A stretch of 64,000 nt of DNA from Raillietiella orientalis (taxonomy: Eukaryota): positions 4,030,001 to 4,094,000 of the forward strand of contig JAYWIR010000010.1 in assembly GCA_036172245.1 (NCBI GenBank), written 5' to 3'. A program made the position numbers and the translations under genes. The notes under the pieces are model-generated. The model searched no databases. It had not been told where the DNA came from and saw nothing but the letters and a program-made list of their open reading frames with translations. Shown here in pieces: positions 27,097-37,462 of the stretch. Position 1 is the first letter of the stretch; every line of letters begins with the position of its first letter.

Positions 27097-27795
27097 TTGG
27101 CGGCCGCGCAGCTGCTGCGATCTCCATGCATGGTACGAAGCGTCGAGGGTTCGAATCCCACCCGCGGAAGGATCGACGCCAGGGAAACGGGTGCGTCCTG
27201 GGTTTCGAGTCTTCCTCGCACGGTGACGGTGGTGTCTTACACGGGGCTAGGCCTCGGGTGAGACACCGGTGGAAGCCGAATGCCCCCGTCTACTGACTGG
27301 GATTGCAAGTTGACCCATGGGATGCTTCCAGGAATCGAGGAGCGCCGGTTCCCTTCGGGGTTGTGAAAATGGAGCCGAACCCTGCTCCATAGTACGAGAT
27401 GGGGGGAGGGGACCATCCATCTCGTACTATGTAAAGCTAGTGGATTGGCACCTCTCCAGAGTGCCAAGAAGAGCTCTGCTCCCTTCGGGAGCGACCCTTC
27501 CGAGAGAATTTGGAAGCGTCTATTTGGGATTCCTTCCGGAGAAGAAATTGCAGGAGCGAATCCTTTCCGGGTTCCCTTCGGAGACAAGCAGAACGAAGGT
27601 TCCCTTCGGGGTCTCCTTCCAAGCGTAAGAGGAACTGGGACTCCTTTCTCCGGAGCCCTTCCTGGGTTCATAGGGTGATCCCTCCGAAGTCACTCCTCCA
27701 TAACTTGGAGAGTCACGCGCACCCTCGGGCGGCGTGAACAGAGTTAAACAGCTTCGTGGGCCTCACCTAAGAAGGCGAACGGCTTCTTCGGCACT
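27097..27795 (+). mobile_element. tRNA-headed SINE, copy B (near full length)
   Basis: B-box GGGTTCGAATCCC near 27147-27159, then GAAGGATCGACGCC. Body shares GTTGTGAAAATGGAGCC, CTCTCCAGAGT, TCCTTCCGGAGAAGAAAT and CGCACCCTCGG with the other copies. Confidence 0.8.
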
Positions 27796-30589
27796 CGGAG
27801 AACCAAAAAAAGGGAAAACCAGCTGGAAGGAAAACAGCGAAAACAGGAGAACCCAAAGGGGTTTCCATCATCCCCATTTTGTACCTGCATTCTCCTCGTC
27901 GGATGAGATAACGCAGATAAAAACTGGCGGTTTTTTCCGCTGCTGCTGCTGCTGGGTGCAAAATTTCGATTTCTGCGTTCCCCCCCTCTCCCCCGTTGCC
28001 AGGCGCATGCTCCTGCTTATCACGACGACACAGAGATTATTCGCTGCTTTCCGAGCTGAAAGGACGATCCTTCAAACAAAATACTGAGCCACCAACACCA
28101 AATTTGTTCCTTCAGTGAATTTCAGAGCCCGAAGCAAGAGTTTGCGAATGTCTCGAACTACGGATGCAACCTCCGGACCTAGGAAACGAGCGGCGTCGGT
28201 AGAATGGGCTTCGAGGCTGCTCTCGTATCAGAAAAATCAAGATATCTTAGATAGTTTGGTGCAACTGAATGTTTGGGCCAGTTGTGGGGCTATCGTGGGA
28301 ATACGTCTTTGATCAGAAAAACCTTGGGCTCTTGAAATCTCGCAGACTTCTAGCGGGATGCCAGGGCGTCCGACTACCGTATGAATCAAAATTAGAGAAA
28401 GAAGGAGAACCGATATCTTCTCCAGCATCACGCACTAACCCCATAGTTCAGGTACAGATCCGCTCCTCCGCCATGAGTTTCGTTCACGGCTCTGCTTGCC
28501 ACAGACTGAGGTAGGAAAAAAAAAAAACACAGCTGGTCTTGAATTCTGCCTGACCACGGATATTTTTCTCTATTGTCCTTCACGGCGTTCGGAACTGAAC
28601 GGAGTGTTTCCAATATGCCAGAGATGATGGCTCTGGCATTCTCTTTTTTTGAAAAATCATCGCGTTCGCCTCGGGATCTCATCTTCCAGATTGTTGCTTT
28701 CTCCTCCTCTCTTCTAAACTACGTGCTTCCCATGTCCAGCGGTTCTGCTGAGCAGAGATGCGCGACCGCTCAGACGCACAGCTTTCGCGACTTTGCTCAA
28801 CCCCCATCTTGTGGACGTACTTGGCAACACGCGTTTTTTCGTCCACTGAAGGCAGTTCGGGAATGTTGGTGTTTGCAAGGTCAGTCAGAGGACGAGCATG
28901 CGTTCAACCATCTCTGATCGGCTTGCAGATCGGACGAAACGGGGGGTTCTTCCAGTTCGCGTCGCTGTTTTCTTGTTTTCTTTCCTTTTTTTTTTTTTTT
29001 TGGCCACTCTTGGAACTCTTGACCCAACTCCGGAAGTGGTTACCCCCTCTACCGTGGCTGAGCCGACCATCCCGAGCGAAAATGGAAACATGGCGGCGTG
29101 TAGAATGCAGAAATGTGCACGTGACAGCGCTCCCTACAACCTAGGGTCTCGCGGTGTTAACTTTCTTCCAGGTGCAGAGCGATGGCTCGCGTTTCTTCTT
29201 GCTGAGATGATCTTCCTGCCGCGGAGATGGAGTCTGAGTTACTGCGTTCCACGGAAAATCACATTTCCTTCTTGAAAAAGAAGACCACTCTAATGAAATC
29301 AGTGCTTTGAAAAGATTGCTCATCACCTGATTCCGATCCGATGGCAGCGATCACATTCACCCCGTAAATAAAGTTAAGCCACTTCCCTTCACGAAAAGCT
29401 GAGAAGTCATATGAGGAGAAAATGCTTAAATCTTTTCTGTCTGTCTTTTTTTTTTTCTTCAGTTTAGGATCTCATCAAGCCATGATAACAATTATGTTTG
29501 GTTTCGGAACCCCTTCCACCCCCATTCCCTTTCGAGTGATGCAAGGAGAACGATCGATACTAGAAATAGACTGCCATTCACACAGACTTGGGCTCTCTCT
29601 TTGAAGTGTGCAAGCAGCTTGTGTTTAGCCCTGGCCTCCTGTATTCCTAAAAGTATCATTTTTCTTCTTTACCATAAGACTGTTGTCGGTTGTTTCGGTT
29701 CTCGGCTCTGCTGCTTTTACAGCGGCGCGGATTAACGAGGGATGCAAAATCGAAATCAAAGTTACGTCCAACCCGTGTTAAGGTTTAGAAGCAATCTTGG
29801 CTTACTTTAAATCCAACCCCTTTACCTCTTCTGGCTAAGCACGCTGAAGACATTTTACTTCTGGATCTTTGCATCCGTGAGCAATGCTGCCTCAACATCC
29901 CGAAAACTGATAAAGATACGAATTCGCCCAAGCAACAGTATTCCCTTGTAGATCATGTAGTTGGTTTTGTAAATAGGTACGCTTACGCCATCGCCGACAT
30001 CAACAGCTCGTGCTTATCTTGCTCGTGCCCTAGTAGGTATCGAAGATACGAAAGTAATCCAATTCTGTCACACCGCAGTGGTCTTGATGACCCCAGCTCC
30101 AGAACCGAAAATCCGGAGTACGATAAGCAGGTTTCGCTTCCGAATCTCATGTTCTCTTCATGCCTTTGGGAAGATGTCGAGAATTCTCTCGGCTTCCTTA
30201 TCCAATTTGCAATCCGATCGGTAACATCAAATACTCCTCATTGCCCACAGAGTGCTGCTTGGGAGAAAGGAGAGAATTTGTTTGTTTGTTTTTTCCCCTG
30301 TCACTCAGCAAGTTGACACTTCGTCAGTTAGCAAATTCTTCCTTGCTACACTGAGAAACCTTTGTCCTCCTTCAAATCCAGTAATTTATAAAGGCACACT
30401 GGCGTGTGTGTGTGTGTGTGTCTGGGATTTTCAAATTCATACAGCAAACATTAGGAAGAAACAAAAGCAAAAGAATTCAGAGTAGAACCTACAAGAGCCC
30501 GAGTTGCTGCTGATGGGCCATCAGACTATCCAGAAAGGTTCACTTTGGGAGCAGTCACGGGACAGAAAATGAAGGGAGAAAAACAGTCA

Positions 30590-30760
30590 TTCATAAACGC
30601 CCTCACTCGCGTCGGAGGGCAGCACAGTCCACAGGCAGGTTGAGGGAGGGATTCCACTTCGTACCTGGAGCAGTTCGGGTTCACACTTCCCCTGGTCCAG
30701 AGGTATTGGCGAGCGTTGCATGGGAGACCTCAATGCATCAGGAGAGGCGACGACTCGTGC
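30590..30760 (-). mobile_element. 3' fragment of the same Tx1-like family as 37463-41225
   Basis: LMH*GLPCNARQYLWTRGSVNPNCSR aligns with GPPCSARRHLWIRVCVNPNCAR at 40570-40635, also at DNA level. Confidence 0.65.
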
Positions 30761-31424
30761 CGTCTGAGGGGATTGGCGGAACTGTCCGTTAAAGCATCCA
30801 AGTCTTCGAGGGGAATCCCAAGAAAATCTGCCAAGGTTAGGATAGGTTCGGTTAGTTCTTGGGGACAAGCACTTGAAGTCGCTGCTGAACATCCACTGAG
30901 GTCGCCTGCAATATCACAGGTCAACTGTGGCAGGTTACCATCATCCCTCTCCCTTGTAAAAGACAGTGCTGCGCCGACAAGGGTGACGGAGGCCTAGACC
31001 AATTTCCTTAGGTCCAGTGCAGCGTTGCCTGGGGTGCATTCAACACGTCGCAATGACCCGATGCACTGTGGTCTGGTCACCGTGAACTGATCCCATTTGT
31101 CTCCTGAAATCAAGCACGTGAGTTGGTAGGGCTGCAGGAGATCCAAGGGTAGCAGAAGATTGCCAGTGTTGGCTGACACGACCGGCGTCCCGGAACAAGA
31201 GCTCAGCAAAGTCGCCAGCGTCCCATGATATGCCCCCAGCACCTACTGAGAAGAGAGGCTTAAGATCAGACGACTCGGAATTCTCTCCCTGACAAACCGC
31301 ACACGTTCTGGGCGCTCAAAGCGACACTGAGTGGTGCATGGCGCCAGCTGAAGCGCAGGCAGGTTAGGAGACCGGGCGGTAAGATTGGGAGCCTTAGAGG
31401 CTTCCGGTGGGCAGGTTGTCTCCA

Positions 31425-31945
31425 CTGACCGGCCGAGATTTGAAGTTGACTCGCCAAGGTCAACTTCTAGGAGTCGAGGAACCCTTCAGGATTCCCCTCC
31501 AGTTGTGAGAATGGAGCCGCGCCATGGAGCTGGCTGGTACCCTCAACTTGGGGTTGCCTCTCTCCAGAGCGCAAGCGCTCTGCTCCCTTCGAGGAGCGCC
31601 GTCACAGAAATTGGGAAGTGTCCCTTCGGGGTTCTCTTCAGAGGAGGAAACAAGGAACAGATCCTGTCCTAGGGAGAATCCTTCCGGAGAAGAAATTTCA
31701 GGAGCGGCTTCCCCCTCCGGGGGTCCTTCCGGAGAGAACAAGGAAAAGGTTCCCTTGGGGGTTTTCTTCAAAGACAACCAGGGTGGAGAGTTTGTTTCGA
31801 AATTCCCTCCCAAGGGTGAGAGGAGGGGATTCCTTTCTCCAGAGCCCTTTTCGGATTCACAGGATGGTCCCCTCCCAGGATCAGCCCCCCAACTTGAAGA
31901 GCTACACGCACCCTCGGCTGGCCTGGATCCCCTCCTAAGGGGCCA
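31425..31945 (+). mobile_element. SINE copy C (head missing), followed by an A-rich AGAGAACTC-like degenerate repeat
   Basis: Colinear with copies B and D: GTTGTGAGAATGGAGCC, TCTCCAGAG, CCCTTCGGGGTTCTCTTCAGAGGAGGAAACAAGG, CACGCACCCTCGG. Confidence 0.75.
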
Positions 31946-33329
31946 TCGATAAAGAGAACTCAGAGAACGTAAAAGAACTCAGAGACTCAGAGAACTCAGA
32001 GAACGAAAAAGAAACGCAAAGAAAACCTGAAAAAAAAAAAAAACTGGAAGAAAGCAGAGGAAGCAGAAGAACCCCAAAAGATTTCCACCGTCCAAGTGCC
32101 TGCCATTTGAAGGCCCAAAAGTGGACGTCCTGAAATTGTTCCATGCAATCAATTCCCATATAATTTTCCCTAGTCTCACGAAGGGTGGGGTAAGTCGATT
32201 TGTCTACATCCAACTCTACAAAATACATTCACTCCAGACAGGGAACAGATCAACAGTTTCCTTAAGTTCGCTTCCTTAGGAAGACTGCCCTTGGGTCTAT
32301 GCACTAGGGGAGACTGAGTGTTGGGTGTGCCTCGACGATGTCCTCAATCCTTTTCAGGATGTAGTGGTACATCCAGGCCTGCTCCTGATACCAACCTCCC
32401 TTTCGACGATCCCTTACTCAGGATTTCCAGGAGAGATATATCTATCCTTCATCTTCCACCATCTTATGAGGATGGCAGTGATGAACAGAGCGATGATCGT
32501 CCTGACCACTATCGGGTTGTAACGGGACATGTTTGCAGTTCCCAGCTCCCATATGAATGTGAAGAGATCGCAAATCTCTTCAAATCCCATCCACGTTCTT
32601 GGATTGCTTGATTGTCGTTGGTTCCTCAACCACAACAAGTAGTCCCGAACGCGTCCTAAACCAATGGATACCATCTTTGCTGCCGAGATCAATGGGGATG
32701 CTGATTCCCAGGGTCGGTTTCTCGTTTTCTCTTGAAGATGAATCCATGCTTCCCGTATCGCTTGCAAGCCCGAGGCGACCGCTGACATCGTAGCAAGGCA
32801 TGAAGACCGTCCACGCTGTGGAAATGCCAAGCATGTAGTTCCGGACGGGAGATACCGGAGTCTGCACAGGGATGAAACCGCCCCTGATTGGACGAGTCCT
32901 GGACTACTCTTCGGGATGAAGGAATGAATTTTCATGCAACCATGGAGCATCTAATTTAAATATCTCGTTGCAAGAATCCTCAACCGACCGTCTGCTTCGA
33001 CGGCGCATTTCTGAGGCTGACTGCTTGCATCCTGCAAAACAATAAATCAGCACAACGCATAAATTTCCTCCTCTTCTGTCAAAAAAATCAAATCTACCAC
33101 GCTATGTTTTCTCTGTGTCTAAGGTTACAGAGAAAAGAGAGCAAGGAAAAGCTTGACAAGTGGAAAATAGGGAGCGATTCAAGAGCGCACGAAGGAAAGC
33201 TGGCAATCTGGCCTGAGTATAAGCATAGCGACGTTGGCGAAAGCGAAAAGCTGTAGGGTTCCTCGTGAATCGAAAAGATCGATGTTGAAAATGGATGAAA
33301 GTTCCTGCTGCAGGGAGCACCAGCAGCTT

Positions 33330-34660
33330 TCCTCGTGCTGAAGAGCGGGAAGTTTTCGGAAGTTCTAGCGTTATAAAGGCAACTTCTGGGCGCTTAATCC
33401 CGGCATTTGATGTTTGCTCTTACCAACCGATTAATTATCGGATGCTCTCACCCAGCTTGATGTTCGCGAGCCATTAATCCTTGACTCCAAGGATGGAGCA
33501 TTTCAGGTGGTGACCTATTTTAGAGGGCGCTGCGTTGTTGCTGGGATTTGTTTTCTCTGCAGGCGATGCAAGAAAACCAAGTTCGTCGCTGCTTCAGCCA
33601 TGCAAATCAGCGACATCCTCTTCTCTGCTTCATAAATGAAGCTGAGTATCTCAACAGTGCCCTCGAGCTGAACCACCAGAGAAAACGCAGGTGCCGGAAG
33701 AAAAGGCAAAGGAATAGCTTCGCGAGCTGCACGAAGACCGAATTCATTTCATCCCCTGCACCGGGCATATAAGAAGAATCTCTTGCAGAGATGCAATGGA
33801 GGAACAGAAAGAGTGGTCCCCGGAGAGCTGGATTTTCCCTTCCGAATTCGAGGAAAGTGAGGTGCTGCCTGCACAGCGGAAGCCACACTGAGCAAGATTC
33901 GAAGAATTCCTGCTTCTAGGAAACTGGGAGGATGGAATGTAGAGGAACAGGAACGCTCACGGGAGATTCAAAACGAAAAAAGATGGAACCACAAATTGTG
34001 AAGCTGTGAAGGATTCGATGTAAAGGACCAATTCCAAGGTTTGCAATTCGGGTGGGCATCCACAATGAGGATCGTTCATAATTGCTTCCTGATGCAATCC
34101 ATCTACGCGCGTGTTCCTAGTTCTTCGGCTAAGTTCTTCTTAAACCTGAGATTCGAGTTCTTGCAAGCTTTCCAGATCCTTCAGGAACTGACTCAAGATC
34201 ATGAGAGATACGAGTCACTTCACATGCACAGTTCACCCCTACATCTTTGTGCTTCATTCGTGGGTATCTATAGCTACAGCAACTACGCAGCAACGGTCGC
34301 GAATTTCATTCAGAATTTTTGCTAGATCAAATAATTGCTCCATGATTTCCAGCACCTGGTTGCTCATCTTGTCTGAAGAGCGATGCTGCGCTCGTGTGTT
34401 CACTGAGGGCGCTGTTCATCCCGGCCAGTGACCAAGAACTCCTGCCCTTAACTCATGCCGCGCCTGTGCTGTGTGTTGACATCTCAGCTCCGAGTTTCCC
34501 CTCCAGTGGGAAAACGTCCCTGATTCCCTAGGCTTCTCGGCGTTCCCAGGAATCCTACCAACAGTTCTCGCACAGAAGCCGTGCTGCTTTCGAGACGGCA
34601 AGAAGGGAAAGTACAGCAGACGCGAAGAATGCATTACGCGTTATACGAGCCCTGCGGGTT
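33330..34660 (+). mobile_element. Older, longer Tigger-like copy related to the adjacent MITE, in opposite orientation
   Basis: 33519-33695 is an inverted copy of 34968-35142; degenerate TIR-like end CGCGTTATACGAG near 34638-34650; weak transposase-like start KRQRNSFASCTKTEFI. Boundaries approximate. Confidence 0.45.
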
Positions 34661-34682
34661 ACACATGGAACCTGCGATAGCA

Positions 34683-35342
34683 CAGTAGACCCCCGTATAA
34701 CACGGATTCGTCTAATGCGACCGAGAAATGGCTACAGTCCTCTTCTTCCAGTACGATGCTGTGGACAAATTTCCCTTTTGTGTTGTAGTGTCACTTTAGC
34801 TGTTTTTTTTTAAAAAAAAAAAACACGAACGCATGGTTTAAGCAGGTTAAATTAAACAACGAGAACGATAGAGCTGGAACTATAGATTTTTTTAAGTTGA
34901 TTAAATACTTGACAGGTTTTTCTTTTACTTTAAGTTGAATAATAAACAAACACTCTCTTCCGTCACATGGCATCTGTGTTTTCTCTGGTGGTTCATCTCG
35001 CGGGCACTGTTGGGACTCACCTTCATTCACGAATCAGACACGATAATGTTGCTGATTTGCATGGCTGAAGCAGCGACGAACGGTTTCCTTGCATCTCCTG
35101 CAACGAAAACAAATCCCAGCAACAAAGCAGCGCTCTCTAAACAAACACTTCTAATGTCTATTTATTTATTTTTTTTGCATTAAAGTGGAATCTTAAAGAT
35201 TTTGCTTCTCTGACATTCAAGATACATTTTAATCCTTTTATGAATACTATCATATTATTTATGCATAACCCATAGGACTCGTATAAATCGGATTCCTATA
35301 ACGAGGAACGTATCCTTCGCCGCGTTATACGAAGGTCTACTG
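34683..35342. mobile_element. Tigger/pogo-like MITE with 23-bp TIRs
   Basis: Left CAGTAGACCCCCGTATAACACGG versus reverse complement of the right end CAGTAGACCTTCGTATAACGCGG (20/23); TA follows the right end, CA precedes the left. Confidence 0.75.
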
Positions 35343-36391
35343 TACTTGCTCTCTCTTGTTTCTAGCACTTTCTTCGATGCTGGGGCAGAGTTTTCGCCTA
35401 TAGGATAACTGCAGCTGTGAAGGGACCCTCAGGTGATTCTCGTGCACGCTTCGGCACTTACGAGGACTCGTCTAATGAGGAGGCCGAGAAATCTCGCCCG
35501 AGAGTGAACTCTTCCTCTGCGGAGGCAGGCCATCCAAACTGCATCATCTTCTTCGGCTCAGAGCGGGCAAGCAGGAAGGTGCTTCCTGGAGTTTCGGAAA
35601 TTACTTCCTGCTCCTCGTGAACCCTCTCGATTCTGTTAAATGGGGAACAGAAAATCTCTTGAGTGGATCGATTCGCCCTGTGATCAGAAAGTCGATGTCC
35701 GCCCAAATTAGCTTGGACGGCTGATTGTCCACCTGTGCAACGCAGTCACTAGAAATGTGATGCTGTCTGAAATCTTACGACCTTCCCCTTTAGCACCAGA
35801 GAGTAAGATGAACTCTGGACCTTTCTCGGATTTCGACGATTGTAGCTTTCCTGAACGTCTCTTCCAAACAAATCAGAAGCTGCTTCTGGATCTGCCTGAA
35901 GCCATTAGCAAAGAGAGAATGTTTTGTTTTCCTCTCGTTCCTTTGATGCGATCACAGCAGTGCAAATTTCCAAGCCGCCTACTGATGTTTCTGTGCTTCT
36001 CCCCCCCCCCCCCCCCTTCCTCCTTCTTTTTTTTCTTTCTTTCTTTCGTTCTCAGGAAAATTTCCGAGAAAATGAAAAGAATGATGCAGATTGGTTGCGC
36101 TTCCTTCCTTCCTCCTAGAACAGGAACATCCATTCTCGGCGTGCAACTGTTTCGAGCAGCTCTGAAATATAGAAAGAGGGTTTCGTTCCCTTCTGCGCGC
36201 GTGTCATTATGCTTGAACTGAGGACAATCCTCGTTTCTTCCGTGCACTAAGAATGGGTGCTAAAATAAGATAAAATTTCTAAACAGGATTACTCATACAA
36301 CCCTCGTGTACTCTACAAAGAGGAATGTATAACCCACGCTGAGATTAGCATGAGTTTCTGCGCCTCTGGAGGAGTCTCAGAGGCTCTTTAA

Positions 36392-36807
36392 CCCTTTGAG
36401 TGCTGTGGACGCACATATGCCTCCGATGAAAGCTAACAGCGTACACTATGGACGCTTCTCGTGTTTAGCAAATGCTTTTGCCTTGTCCAGCGACACATGT
36501 TAACACTATCCATGTTTGAGATGGGCACATGCACTTACGCTCTTATAATTCAGTCCCTTAGCAACGGCATTAAACAAAATTCTATTTATATCGGCTGACT
36601 GTTGTAGGTTTTTCTCGGTATGGCATGTGATTCATCATACTGTTGTTTTCTATCTTTGTGATATCTTGGAAATGTGAATGAGTTATTGGTTTATTCGAAT
36701 TATAATTTTTAAATAAATAATATATGTTTGGGGAAGAAGAAAGTATTCTATTTAATGCGGTGTAAGTAAACAATTACAATAGTAACTTTAATCAGCACTT
36801 TATGCAG
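36392..36807. mobile_element. Possible piggyBac-type MITE with TTAA target duplication
   Basis: TTAA|CCCTTTGAGTGCTG on the left and CAGCACTTTATGCAG|TTAA on the right; interior more AT-rich than the flanks. Confidence 0.4.
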
Positions 36808-36974
36808 TTAATCGGTACCTCGACGGAGCACGCGGTACGCGAAAAAGCGTTCCATCCAACTGCGACTCGCATGCCGTCAACACGGAACGTCAAAATTTGA
36901 TGAAGCCCCCACCCAAAAAAACCTCTGTGCCTTCCCTCAATACATTCATATTGAATGCTTGGAAATCTTCAAAT

Positions 36975-37462
36975 CATTGGGTGCCACGGGAGAGGACACC
37001 CTATGAATCCAGGAAGGCTCTGGAGGAAGGAGTCCGTTCCTCTTATCCTTGTTAAAGGAAATCCGGAGGAAACCCTCGCCTTGGTTGTCTCCGAAGAGAA
37101 CTCCGAAGGTAATCTCTTTCTTATTCTCTCTGCAGGGACCCCCCGGAGGAGTCTACTCGTCATTTCCTCTCCGAAGGGCACCCGCAAGGGAACTGCTCCT
37201 TGTTTCCTCCTCTGAAGAGAACTCCGAAGGGACGCTTCCGAATGTCTCTGAAGGGCACTCCCCGAAGGGAACAGCGTACTTCTTCATACTCTGGAGAGGC
37301 AGACAGCTCGAGGGGGGTATAAACCAGTTTCATGGTGTGGCTCCATTTTCACAACCGGAGGGGAGCCCCGAAGGGCTCCTTGACTCCAAGAAGGATCCCC
37401 GAGGGTGAACTTTCAATACGGACCAGTCAACGGAAGCATGCGGCTTCCAGCAGTGCCGCACC
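36975..37462 (-). mobile_element. SINE copy D, body portion (split from its head by the Tx1-like insertion)
   Basis: Reverse complement aligns with copies B and C; six ~40-bp units at about 37063, 37103, 37143, 37182, 37224 and 37262. Confidence 0.75.

Noticed and set aside
27097..27170. tRNA gene suggested by the B-box (also ~25990-26057 and 41320-41397)
   Set aside because: No intact cloverleaf could be built, and each head runs directly into the shared repeat body, as expected for a SINE.
37050..37290. Repeat-spacer look of the ~40-bp SINE units (CRISPR-like)
   Set aside because: Repeats are degenerate, the linkers recur at the same positions in dispersed copies, there are no cas genes, and the context is eukaryotic.
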